This document shows, in pieces, positions 1-8,914 of a stretch of 64,000 bases of DNA. Positions within the stretch are counted from its first letter, which is position 1; every line of letters begins with the position of its first letter. A program made the position numbers and the translations under genes. The notes below the pieces were generated by a model. It was not told the origin of the DNA. It was given only the letters and a program-made list of their open reading frames with translations, and ran no database searches. The DNA comes from Chlorobiaceae bacterium (GTDB lineage Bacteria > Bacteroidota > Chlorobiia > Chlorobiales > Chlorobiaceae): contig JAFGMZ010000096.1 of assembly GCA_016927285.1 (NCBI GenBank), forward strand, positions 1,553 to 65,552, in the 5' to 3' direction.

Positions 1-1
1 G

Positions 2-409
2 TCGGCTTCCGAATCGGGTATCGATCTTTCGAAGAATTCCGGAATCGGCGGCTCGGGCGATCAAGCGCTTCGGGAAATAAAACGTCTCGACGAGCAATAC
101 AAAGAGTATAATCGTTATATGACGGAGTATCATAAAAAGTATGCGCTTCCTTTGGCCTGTTTCGCCTTCGCACTTGTCGGCGTGCCGCTCGGCGTGCTTG
201 CCCGACGGGGTGGATTCGGGGTTGGAGCCGGGCTTTCGTTGCTGTTTTTTGTTTTCTATTGGGCCGTGATCATAACCGGCGAGAAATTTGCCGAACGAGG
301 GTCGCTCGATCCGGCGATTTCGATCTGGTCGGCTGATTTTCTCGTCGCTTTTGCCGGCGTGCTGTTGCTCATCCGACTGAATGGCGTCGCCGGGGGGAGT
401 GGTCGGTAA
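2..409 (+). CDS. LptF/LptG (YjgP/YjgQ) family LPS export permease, C-terminal part (runs off the window start)
   Basis: Frame is open from base 2; EYHKKYALPLACFAFALVGVPLG...RRGG motif followed by three TM helices, typical of the LptF/G C-terminus. Confidence 0.85.
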   Translation, partial: SASESGIDLSKNSGIGGSGDQALREIKRLDEQYKEYNRYMTEYHKKYALPLACFAFALVGVPLGVLARRGGFGVGAGLSLLFFVFYWAVIITGEKFAERGSLDPAISIWSADFLVAFAGVLLLIRLNGVAGGSGR

Positions 410-419
410 GTCTTTGTTT

Positions 420-1877
420 TTACAGCAGGAACGATAATCCCAGAAATAAGCATGAGATCACTCCGGCTGCCATGATGTTCATGAGCAGACCAGCGGATAT
501 GATCTTTTTCAGTGAAACACGTTCGAATCCACCGAATGCCAGCGTGTTTGCGGGCGAGGCAAGGGGGGTCATGTATGCCGCGCTGGCGGCTGCGGTGAGC
601 GAGAGCAAGAGCAGCAGCGGACTGAGTCCGATTTGCGGTGCTGTTGCGATCATGAGTGGAGCGAGTAGCACTACAATGGCCGTGTTGCTGAGCAGTTCCG
701 ATGAGAACGCCGCAGCGGCATTGAGGACGGGGATAAAGAGCAGCGGCGTTTGCATCGGCTCGAGGAGCCCGATTATCAGTGCGGTCAATCCGGTTACCAT
801 ATAGCCGTCACGTTGCGGTGTTAATGGGTTGTCGCCTGCATTGAGGGCAACATAGAGCACCGTACCGAATATGGCGATCAGGAGCAGCCCGAAATAGGGG
901 ATGTCGAGAATGATTCTGTTTATGGAGAGCAGGGCGTTCGTGTTGGGCGATTCAATGTTTTCTGGTTGTTCATGAAACAATCGAGTCCATACCGTATCGT
1001 AGAGTTTCTGGATCATTTTTTCGAGAAAGCGGTGGATCGGTGAGAGGGGTATGCGAAGGTGTCGTTCTGTTTCAATCGAGATCCGGCTGATGAGCAGTAT
1101 CGGAAATGTTGCGATGAAGAAGAGGAGAAAAACTGCGTTTTTTCGGATGCCGCAGGTAGCGTTTTTATTTTCTGGATTGATAAAGGAGAGCAGGATGAAA
1201 AATGTGCCGTAGCAGAGAAAGCAAATGTCGATCCATGATAATCCGTTAATAAGCACTTCGGGTTTCTGAAAAAACTGGATTCCGGTCAGCGTGGTGATGA
1301 AGGTCATATTGAGGGCGAAAAATAGTACAGGACGATGCGGGAACAGGTCGGTATCAGGATTTTTCGGGCAGAGAAGCGCGTTTTCGCTGCAGTTTCGGGC
1401 TGCCCGGAGGATTACCATACGCGCGGCAGCAATGATGACGAGCGAAACAGGAAGCCCGATCATGAGCCAGGAAAAGAAGTTGATCTGCTCGCGGTTATCG
1501 ATCCGGTAAAATTCCAGAAGGCCGACGGCGAAGGCGTTGAGCGGATTGCCGGTAAGGGATGCGAGTCCTCCTGTGGTGGCTCCGAAGGTCAGGGCGAGGT
1601 AAAAGAGCGTCGAAATTTCTTTTTTCGATGATTTGTCTTCCAGAAATCCCATTAAACGGTTGATAACCGGGAGCAATGCAAGTACGACGACGGTATTGGA
1701 CAAAAATATCGACAGACCGTATGAGATCAGCAGAACGGTGGTCAGAAGCGAGCGGAATCCGGAGCCGCCGTGGCGGAGCAGGAAGGCTATCAGCCGGTAA
1801 TGGGTGTTCGTCGCTATCAGCACCTGCGAGAGCAGAAAGCCTGTGCAGACGATGATGATATTCTGAAGAAGGTTCAT
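420..1877 (-). CDS. SLC13/DASS family anion permease
   Basis: Multi-TM protein with two SNT motifs (FLSNTVVV, LLSNTAIV), GGLASLTGNPLN and AYMTPLASPAN. Confidence 0.8.
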   Translation of the reverse strand: MNLLQNIIIVCTGFLLSQVLIATNTHYRLIAFLLRHGGSGFRSLLTTVLLISYGLSIFLSNTVVVLALLPVINRLMGFLEDKSSKKEISTLFYLALTFGATTGGLASLTGNPLNAFAVGLLEFYRIDNREQINFFSWLMIGLPVSLVIIAAARMVILRAARNCSENALLCPKNPDTDLFPHRPVLFFALNMTFITTLTGIQFFQKPEVLINGLSWIDICFLCYGTFFILLSFINPENKNATCGIRKNAVFLLFFIATFPILLISRISIETERHLRIPLSPIHRFLEKMIQKLYDTVWTRLFHEQPENIESPNTNALLSINRIILDIPYFGLLLIAIFGTVLYVALNAGDNPLTPQRDGYMVTGLTALIIGLLEPMQTPLLFIPVLNAAAAFSSELLSNTAIVVLLAPLMIATAPQIGLSPLLLLLSLTAAASAAYMTPLASPANTLAFGGFERVSLKKIISAGLLMNIMAAGVISCLFLGLSFLL

Positions 1878-1935
1878 CGGTCGGCAGCTTGTTCTTCAGC
1901 GGATAGGTATTGATTTCCCCACAATTGTCTGAATC

Positions 1936-1963
1936 GTTACACAATCGTAACCGTTACCCAACA
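1936..1963 (+). promoter_or_regulatory. Pho-box-like direct repeats upstream of the acyltransferase pair
   Basis: GTTACA (1936), GTAACC (1947), CCAACA (1958) at 11-bp spacing; same pattern as upstream of the porin and pstC. Confidence 0.5.
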
Positions 1964-2043
1964 TTGGTTTTATTTATTGCCTGAAATGGGTTCAGACCGC
2001 ATTTGCCGGTTTCCCCTCCAGAGTAAAAGGTAATGAAAAAATC

Positions 2044-2847
2044 ATGCAAACCCTTTTCAGGTCCCTTCCTTGCCTGACGTTTAAAGAGGCTTTGATCCTC
2101 AGGCTGCTGATGGTTCCCAATATGTTCCTGATTCGGGCGACGGGCATGGAAAACCTTGCGCGTTCCGGTCCGGCGATCTATGTGTTCAATCATAACAATT
2201 CCATCGAATCCCTGCTTGTTCCGGTTTATCTGATGTTTTGTCTTGGCGGTAAGCGGGTCAGCTTCGTCATTGACTGGATGTTCGGAAAAATCCCGGTGCT
2301 GGGATGGCTGATGGAGATGATCGATCCTCTTTATGTCTACCATAAACGTTCGACCATTCCCCTGATCGAAAGCCGGAGGCCTGTGCAGCCTGCTGCAGAT
2401 ACGATTGAACGATGCTGCGCGAAGCTTGACGAGGGAGGAAGTATTGGTATTTTTCCGGAGGGTCGAAGAAACCGCGATCCTGAGCGGCTTGCGCGGGCGA
2501 AACCGGGAGTCGGTCATATCATTCTCCGTTCCGGCGTGCCGGTTGTGCCTGTTGGCATCGATTTTCCCTTGCGTCAGCGAAAAGGAAAAATTCCGATGAT
2601 TGGGCGAATGATTCTCAGAGCGGGGACTCCCCTCGAATTTCCTGCATTGTCGGAGCGTTATCGCCTCCTCGATGCATCAGCCGGACAGAGCAGGGCTCGC
2701 CATGTGCTTGCATCCGAAGTTACTGCAATGGTTATGCGGCAGCTCTCCCTGTTGTGCGGGAAATCATGCGTCGAACCTCTTCCTGTTTTCGATTCAGCCG
2801 GTCATTCCACCACCATATATAATAAGGAGCTGCCATGTCAGGTATAA
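2044..2847 (+). CDS. PlsC/OlsA-type lysophospholipid acyltransferase
   Basis: Block I FNHNNSIES, block III GIFPEGRRN, block IV GVPVVPVGI. Confidence 0.85.
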   Translation: MQTLFRSLPCLTFKEALILRLLMVPNMFLIRATGMENLARSGPAIYVFNHNNSIESLLVPVYLMFCLGGKRVSFVIDWMFGKIPVLGWLMEMIDPLYVYHKRSTIPLIESRRPVQPAADTIERCCAKLDEGGSIGIFPEGRRNRDPERLARAKPGVGHIILRSGVPVVPVGIDFPLRQRKGKIPMIGRMILRAGTPLEFPALSERYRLLDASAGQSRARHVLASEVTAMVMRQLSLLCGKSCVEPLPVFDSAGHSTTIYNKELPCQV

Positions 2848-3506
2848 CGGTTCAGCGTGTGCTCGGCGGCGATGACCGCCAGGCGGTTATCGATATTATC
2901 GAGCAGGTTTTTCAAAACGAGAAAAACTGGATCAGCAGCGCCCACTCCCAGATTCCGCAGGAGCTTGCGGCAGATCAGCCGTTTTCATGGTTTCTGGCGC
3001 GAGTGAACGGGCGTCCAGCCGGCGTACTCCGGCTGCTGTACGATCCGCCGCTCAATCTTCCCGAGGAGTATCAGGTCACCTTTATGCCGGGTATCGATAC
3101 CGATTACCTGAAAGGTCTCGGCCGATATGTGGAGATAGGCCGGTTTATGATTCCCGGCGAGTATCGGCGGAACCATCGTATCGCCCTTCGCCTGATGCGT
3201 GCGGCTACCGAGGAAGTCGTGGAGCGGGATTATACTCACTTTATCACCGATGTTTTCGAAAACGAGAAGCATTCTCCATTGAACTTCCATACGCGTGTAC
3301 TTGGTTTCGAAGTGATCGGTCGGCATCTGTTCGGGGATCTTAACTGCAGTTCCACGAGAATCATTCTTACGCTCGATATTTTGAAGCTCTACAGCAGGAT
3401 CAAGGACAGCAGGCACCGCATTTACGCCGAGCTTACCGAAGGGATGCACGGCCTCGTCGAGCGCAAGCGGAGAAAGCTGATGGCGGAAGGGGGGGGGAGA
3501 TCGTGA
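2835..3506 (+). CDS. GNAT-fold N-acyltransferase (N-acyl amino acid synthase/OlsB/LuxI-like)
   Basis: AGVLRL and YVEIGRFMI motifs, LGFEVIG near the C-terminus; overlaps the upstream acyltransferase by 13 bp. Confidence 0.7.
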   Translation: MSGITVQRVLGGDDRQAVIDIIEQVFQNEKNWISSAHSQIPQELAADQPFSWFLARVNGRPAGVLRLLYDPPLNLPEEYQVTFMPGIDTDYLKGLGRYVEIGRFMIPGEYRRNHRIALRLMRAATEEVVERDYTHFITDVFENEKHSPLNFHTRVLGFEVIGRHLFGDLNCSSTRIILTLDILKLYSRIKDSRHRIYAELTEGMHGLVERKRRKLMAEGGGRS

Positions 3507-3507
3507 G

Positions 3508-3920
3508 CCGTTAGCGGTGGGCGGTTTGCCGCCCGGGTGTAAGGAGTAGAAGAAAGGAGGAAGATTTTTGCCCACAGATTTTCACGGATTGGCACGGATT
3601 ATCGGGTTGAGCGCTATGGGTTATGTTTTCTTGCTATTGAGCCATCCAGCTGTCTCGCTAACCAGCTATAAAAGGAAGAGCGCGGTTCCCGCTGAATGAA
3701 ATCGGATTTTCACGGATGAAGAAGAGGTGGACCGTTAGCGGAGGGATGGAAGAGGAAGAGTTGCCCACGGATTAACACGGATTGGCACGGATGGAAGAGG
3801 GGCGAGATTGGCTTAAGCGCTGTGGGTTATGTTTTTTTGCTATTGAGCTATCCAGCAAAAAGAGAAAGAACGCGGTTCTCGTTGATTGAAAACGGATTTA
3901 CACGGATGAAGAAGAGGTGG
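3508..3920. repeat. Imperfect tandem duplication (about 3508-3730 and 3732-3920) with CACGGAT mini-repeats at 10-bp period
   Basis: Both copies run CCGTTAGCGG...CACGGATTGGCACGGAT...GGGTTATGTTTT...TTGCTATTGAGC.ATCCAGC...CGCGGTTC...CACGGATGAAGAAGAGGTGG. Confidence 0.85.
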
Positions 3921-4082
3921 GCCTTGGGCCGGAAGAGGTCGTATCGTGCATCGGGTTCGCAGGAGTATCGCTTGCTTCGCTTTGCGTAAGTATCGGATGC
4001 GGAGCGTCTGAGGTTCCTTTTTTCGCCTACGGATTGCGGGAGAGTGGGGAGGTATTGAATCAAAACAAGGGGGAGCATACCC

Positions 4083-4343
4083 ATGCTGCGACTCGATGAA
4101 CTGCGGGCGGATATCAACGCGGAATTTTATGTGCATGAAGAGTTGAAGGTGCATGATGTCCGAAAGGTCAATGCGATTGCGGATCTTATTATCAAGCCTT
4201 CCGGAAGAAAGGATTTGCGCAAACTCCTTGCTCTGCTTGCTGAGAATGGGTTTCCGCATATTGTGATCAACTCGAAAGGTCGGGTGGTGTTTCCCGATGG
4301 ACGATTCCAGGGCGCGGTAATCATAACTGATATTTCGCTGTAA
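4083..4343 (+). CDS. Small protein resembling the MurB N-terminal FAD-binding subdomain
   Basis: GGGGAG RBS; ADLIIKP...DL..LLALLAENGFPHIVI....RVVFPDGRFQGAVI parallels the MurB N-terminal consensus. Confidence 0.6.
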   Translation: MLRLDELRADINAEFYVHEELKVHDVRKVNAIADLIIKPSGRKDLRKLLALLAENGFPHIVINSKGRVVFPDGRFQGAVIITDISL

Positions 4344-4367
4344 AGCGGGTTACCTTGGTGCTGTTTG

Positions 4368-4406
4368 TTTGCAATCTTGTAGCATTTCCGTAACGATTTC
4401 TCAACA
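4368..4406 (+). promoter_or_regulatory. Pho-box-like repeats upstream of the porin/pst cluster
   Basis: TTTGCA 4368, GTAGCA 4379, GTAACG 4390, TCAACA 4401; 11-bp period. Confidence 0.55.
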
Positions 4407-4499
4407 GAAGGAGTGGTAGATTGTCTCACGAATCAGGAGCATGCCTTTTGGGTATGACGGTATTCAAGAATGCATCACACTAACCAACACAATCGAGTT

Positions 4500-5570
4500 A
4501 TGAAAAAAGTCGCTTTACTGGTCGGTCTGGCAGCTGCCATCGGCTACAACAACGCAGAAGCCGTTGACTGGAACTGGAAAGGAGATATCCGCTATCGTTA
4601 CGAATCGAAGCTTGTTGATAAAGAGTCCAGCGATAACGATCACAGCCGCGACCGCCATCGTATGCGTGTCCGTTTCGGCGTTTACCCATGGATTACAGAA
4701 GAGCTCTCTGCCGGATTACAGCTTTCGACAGGAGCTGGTGATCCGGTTTCACGGAATGAAACACTCGGTGACGAATTCATCACTGATGATATCATGTTGA
4801 ATGAGGCTTATATCGATTATCATCCCATGTTTCTGAATGGCGATGTGAACGTGATTCTCGGAAAGAGGGATATTGCCAAGACTCTTATCGTTACCAAAGA
4901 TCTGGTCTGGGATAGCGATATAACGCTTGAAGGCGGAACTCTTCAATACGGTAAAGATGCCGGCGGAAAGGAGAAAGAGGGTGTTAACGCAATTGCTGGC
5001 TGGTATAGCGTGAAAGAGGGAAGCGCTGAGCAGGATCCGTATTTTATTGCAGGCCAGTTGGCTTATGGCGGGGAAATCAGTGATCTTGGTTACAAAGCTG
5101 GAGTTGCGTATTACGATTTTGCTCATTTCGATGAATTGGGCGAGGGTGATCGCGATTTCAATATCGTAGAGATTTTTGCCAGTGTTGGCGGTTCGATCAC
5201 TGAAAAGCTTCCATGGAAAGTCTATGGTCAGTATGCGTTCAATACTGCCGAAGCTGCGGATTGGTCTGATATCGACGATGACAAGCGTGACGCGTATCTT
5301 ATCGGCCTGAAAATCGGCAATGCCAAGAACCCCGGTCAGTGGGCTGTCAGCGGCGAGTATGTCAGCATCGAGGAGGACGCGGTTACCTATCTGACCGACT
5401 CCGATCGCAATAACGGTTCATCGACCGATCTGGAAGGCTTCAAGTTGAATGCGACCTACCATCTTGTGCAGAATATGACGCTTGGCGCTACCTACATGAA
5501 CTTCAGTCCGATTGATGACGACAGCATAACAAACCATCTCTTACAGGCTGACGTGGTTGTGAAGTTCTGA
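4500..5570 (+). CDS. Putative outer-membrane porin (likely phosphate-related)
   Basis: Signal peptide MKKVALLVGLAAA; WKGDIRYRYE and RDRHRMRVRFG; alternating beta pattern; terminal Phe (QADVVVKF); heads the pst cluster. Confidence 0.8.
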   Translation: MKKVALLVGLAAAIGYNNAEAVDWNWKGDIRYRYESKLVDKESSDNDHSRDRHRMRVRFGVYPWITEELSAGLQLSTGAGDPVSRNETLGDEFITDDIMLNEAYIDYHPMFLNGDVNVILGKRDIAKTLIVTKDLVWDSDITLEGGTLQYGKDAGGKEKEGVNAIAGWYSVKEGSAEQDPYFIAGQLAYGGEISDLGYKAGVAYYDFAHFDELGEGDRDFNIVEIFASVGGSITEKLPWKVYGQYAFNTAEAADWSDIDDDKRDAYLIGLKIGNAKNPGQWAVSGEYVSIEEDAVTYLTDSDRNNGSSTDLEGFKLNATYHLVQNMTLGATYMNFSPIDDDSITNHLLQADVVVKF

Positions 5571-5717
5571 TTGTCGAATTTTACTGTTCTTTTTTTTCTT
5601 TGTGTGTGTGGTTGTTCTTTTTGCGGTGGGCTGCCTGTGTGGGGTAGCCTGCTGTATGCCGGGGAAGTCGGTTAAACTGTGGTTTTTTATCTCAAACAAA
5701 TCAACAATAAGAAAGCA

Positions 5718-6533
5718 ATGAACTTCTTTAAGAAAATACTTTTCGGTGCGGCGGTTCTCGGTTTTATGGCTGGAGGTACTGCTGAAGCAAAAAGCAAGAT
5801 CGTGATGGACGGATCCACCACGGTTGGTCCTATCGCAAAATCGTTTGCAGCGTATTTCACCAAGACCAAGGGTGTTCAGGTGACGGTGAGCGAATCCGGT
5901 TCCGGTAACGGTGCAAAGAGCATCATCAACGGCACCTGCGATATCGCCAACATGTCTCGTGCTATGAAAAGCAAGGAAGCAGCTGCCGCAAAGGCGAAGG
6001 GCGTCAATCCTGTAGAGCATATCGTCGCTCTTGACGGTATGGCTATCGTTGTCCATCCGAGCAACCGCGTTAACAAGCTTACCAAAACTCAGGTTCGCGA
6101 TATCTATACGGGTAAAGTGACCAACTGGAGCCAGGTCGGCGGCCCGAACGCTTCGATCGTAAAGATTCAGCGCGAGTCGAACAGCGGTACGCAGGATACG
6201 TTTATGTCGCTGGTTATGGGTAAAGGCAATCCGGTTTCGAAGAGAGCCGAAACTCAGGCAAGCAACGGCGCCGTCAAAAATCGCGTCGCTTCGACTCCTG
6301 CGGCTATAGGATTCATTGGACTCGGATTTACCGATAATTCCGTTAAAGCGCTGAGTATCGATGGTGTGAAACCTTCTGTTGAAACCGTAAAGGATGGTAC
6401 CTATCCTATTTCTCGTCCGCTCTTTATGTATACCAACGGACAGCCGACAGGCGTGGTCAAGGAGTTTATCGACCTTAAGGATACCTCTGAAGGTCAGCGC
6501 ATGATCAGCGAGCTCGGTTACGTCAACAAATAA
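5718..6533 (+). CDS. pstS: Phosphate ABC transporter substrate-binding protein (copy 1)
   Basis: Signal peptide; DGSTTVGP, SGSGNG, RESNSGT, YPISRPLF motifs. Confidence 0.93.
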   Translation: MNFFKKILFGAAVLGFMAGGTAEAKSKIVMDGSTTVGPIAKSFAAYFTKTKGVQVTVSESGSGNGAKSIINGTCDIANMSRAMKSKEAAAAKAKGVNPVEHIVALDGMAIVVHPSNRVNKLTKTQVRDIYTGKVTNWSQVGGPNASIVKIQRESNSGTQDTFMSLVMGKGNPVSKRAETQASNGAVKNRVASTPAAIGFIGLGFTDNSVKALSIDGVKPSVETVKDGTYPISRPLFMYTNGQPTGVVKEFIDLKDTSEGQRMISELGYVNK

Positions 6534-6567
6534 ACGTTTTCATTGTTTCCTTCTTTGTTCTTTTATC

Positions 6568-6600
6568 AAAAAGCCGCCGTATTCTTACAGGCGGCTTTTT
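6568..6600 (+). terminator. Rho-independent terminator after pstS1
   Basis: AAAAAGCCGCC-loop-GGCGGCTTTTT. Confidence 0.8.
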
Positions 6601-6679
6601 GGTTTTTTCGGAATCCGGCCTCTTTTTGATATTTTATAACGGTAGTCGATATATTTGTAACCATTCAATTTACGATACG

Positions 6680-7489
6680 ATGAAACGTGTGCTATTCATG
6701 ATGGCGATGTTTATACTGGCAGTTGCTGCTCCGGCGTTTGGGGCCGCCAATACTATTGTGCTCGATGGGTCTACGACGGTAGGGCCGCTTGCCAAGTCGT
6801 TTGCCGCATATTTTACGAAGAAGTATGGCGTTAAGGTGATGGTGAGCGAGTCCGGTTCCGGAAACGGCGCGAAAGGGCTTATCAATGGTTCCTGCGATAT
6901 TGCGACGCTGTCGCGTGCGATGAAGCCTCGGGAACTTTCCGCAGCAAAGGCAAAAGGCATCAGTCCTGTTCAGCACATTGTTGCGCTTGATGGTATCGCT
7001 ATGGTAGTACATCCCGGCAATCCGGTTAAAAACCTGACAAAAGCTCAGATAGCCGCTATTTATACGGGACGTTTTACTAACTGGAAAGAGGTCGGCGGAC
7101 CGAATGCGAAAATTGTGGTGATTCAGCGCGAGTCGAACAGCGGTACCCAGGAGGCATTCAAGGAGCTGGTTATGGGTAAAACGGCACAGATTTCCAAAGA
7201 CGCCGAAACTCAGGCCAGCAACGGCGCAATTAAAAACAGGGTCGCTTCGACCAGATCGGCTATCGGATTTCTTGGTCTCGGTTTTGTGGATCGTTCGGTG
7301 AAACCTGTTGCGGTCAACGGCGTACTGCCATCAGTTGCAACAGTGAAAAGCGGGAGTTATCCGGTATCGAGACCTCTGTATTTCTATACCGCAGGACAGC
7401 CGACAGGTACGCTGAAAAAATTTGTAGATCTACCGAAAACAGTCGACGGAAAAAGGATCGTATCGGAACTTGGTTTTGTCGTAAAATAA
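6680..7489 (+). CDS. pstS: Phosphate ABC transporter substrate-binding protein (copy 2)
   Basis: Close paralog of copy 1 with the same motifs; own signal peptide MKRVLFMMAMF. Confidence 0.93.
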   Translation: MKRVLFMMAMFILAVAAPAFGAANTIVLDGSTTVGPLAKSFAAYFTKKYGVKVMVSESGSGNGAKGLINGSCDIATLSRAMKPRELSAAKAKGISPVQHIVALDGIAMVVHPGNPVKNLTKAQIAAIYTGRFTNWKEVGGPNAKIVVIQRESNSGTQEAFKELVMGKTAQISKDAETQASNGAIKNRVASTRSAIGFLGLGFVDRSVKPVAVNGVLPSVATVKSGSYPVSRPLYFYTAGQPTGTLKKFVDLPKTVDGKRIVSELGFVVK

Positions 7490-7576
7490 TCGAAATAAGT
7501 ATAGAGACCTTTTCTTGTAATAAGCTGGTTCATGCCTCAGGGTTGTGCCGGCTTTTTTTGTTGTGGCGCCGGATTT

Positions 7577-7593
7577 GTTGCATACTTGTAACA
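7577..7593 (+). promoter_or_regulatory. Pho-box-like repeat upstream of pstC
   Basis: GTTGCA-N5-GTAACA; TTGCATACTTGTAACATT here vs TTGCAATCTTGTAGCATT upstream of the porin. Confidence 0.55.
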
Positions 7594-7697
7594 TTATCGG
7601 GTTTTTTCTTGCAGCAAAGGGTCTTAGATTAAGGCGTTCGTAAAAGAGGCCTGAGCATGGGTCGTTCCGGCAGGTTACGAGAATAAATTTCATCATT

Positions 7698-8861
7698 ATG
7701 AATGAAGAGGTCAGAAAAGAGAGCGGACGTTCCGGTGCCTTTATAATCAGTGCACGGAAACGGAAGTTCCAGAAAATCGCTAAGACCGCAGGCGAATCGA
7801 TGCTGCTTCTTATAGCGTCTTTTGTTGCAATCGTCGTGCTTTTTATTTTCTATTTTGTCGCAGTCGATGCTATACCGTATTTCCAGCTCAGGGGGTTTAG
7901 CGAGTTTTTTACCAGTTCGAACTGGTACCCCGCAGGCGAGCCGGGAGAGTTCGGAGCACTTGCTATTATTTATGGCAGCGGGATGGTGACGCTGGGTTCA
8001 ACCCTGCTTTCCGTACCGATGGGGATTGCCGCAGCAATATGCCTCAGCGATATTCTTCCATTTTCAGTAAGGCAGTATGCCAAGCCGATTATCGAGATGC
8101 TGGCCGCTATTCCCTCAGTGGCCTTCGGTTTTTTTGCGCTGGTCATTTTTGCCCCGCTTCTGCAGACCCATGGAGGCCCGATCCTTATGTGGGTCTGGTG
8201 GGTTCTGGCTGCGCCGTTTCTGCTGCTTGCCGCCATCGTCATTGCCGACCTTATTACGGCAAAAATTCAGGATCAGAACAGCCGTGAGCGAATGTCGAAG
8301 GTACTGCTTGCGGTTTTCAGCGTTGGAGCGCTTGGTTTTCTCTACTGGGTCGGATCGGTGCTGCAGGGTATTGAAATCCTTACAGGCACCAATGCGCTGA
8401 ACGTTTCGATCATCCTTAGTTTTATGTCGCTGCCGACTATCGTCAGCGTATCGGAAGATGCTTTGCAGGCTGTGGGGCGCGACCTTCGCGAAGGGAGTTA
8501 TGCGCTTGGCGCGACCCGTGCCGAGACGATCGTGAAAACAATTCTGCCAGCAGCCAGCAGCGGTATTATCGCGGCCGTAATTCTCGGCGTGATGAGGGCG
8601 CTTGGCGAAACCATGGTTGTCTGGATGGCTTCCGGCAACTCGTCGCACATTCCGGATCCCTGGTTCAATTACCTCGAGGCGGTCAGAACCTTGACGGCGA
8701 CTATCGCCGGCGACATGGGTGAGGCCGATCAGGTGACGGGTTCGGCCCGTTATCATGTGCTTTTTGCTATGGGACTTCTTTTGCTTGTTATCAGCTTCTT
8801 CAGCAATCTTGTCAGCGAGCGGATCGTCGTGCGCCAGAGGAAGATTCTTTCTGGCCAGTAA
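7698..8861 (+). CDS. pstC: Phosphate ABC transporter permease PstC
   Basis: EMLAAIPSV, EAA-like LREGSYALGATRAET, RALGETM. Confidence 0.95.
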   Translation: MNEEVRKESGRSGAFIISARKRKFQKIAKTAGESMLLLIASFVAIVVLFIFYFVAVDAIPYFQLRGFSEFFTSSNWYPAGEPGEFGALAIIYGSGMVTLGSTLLSVPMGIAAAICLSDILPFSVRQYAKPIIEMLAAIPSVAFGFFALVIFAPLLQTHGGPILMWVWWVLAAPFLLLAAIVIADLITAKIQDQNSRERMSKVLLAVFSVGALGFLYWVGSVLQGIEILTGTNALNVSIILSFMSLPTIVSVSEDALQAVGRDLREGSYALGATRAETIVKTILPAASSGIIAAVILGVMRALGETMVVWMASGNSSHIPDPWFNYLEAVRTLTATIAGDMGEADQVTGSARYHVLFAMGLLLLVISFFSNLVSERIVVRQRKILSGQ

Positions 8862-8914
8862 TCTTGCCGTTTTCAGGATAAAAATTGATGTTTTTGTAAT
8901 CAGAATCTTCAGTC

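Noticed and set aside
3489-3497. G9 tract as a phase-variation switch
   Set aside because: Lies in the last few codons of the GNAT gene; slippage would alter only the C-terminal tail
2835-3506. LuxI quorum-sensing synthase
   Set aside because: Shares the EIGRF-type motif but has no luxR neighbour and lacks the clear LuxI R..F...W/E.D..D pattern; coupling to a PlsC gene favours lipid synthesis
3571-3910. CACGGAT repeats as a CRISPR array
   Set aside because: Units are 7-10 bp, the intervening sequences are themselves duplicated rather than unique spacers, and no cas genes are present
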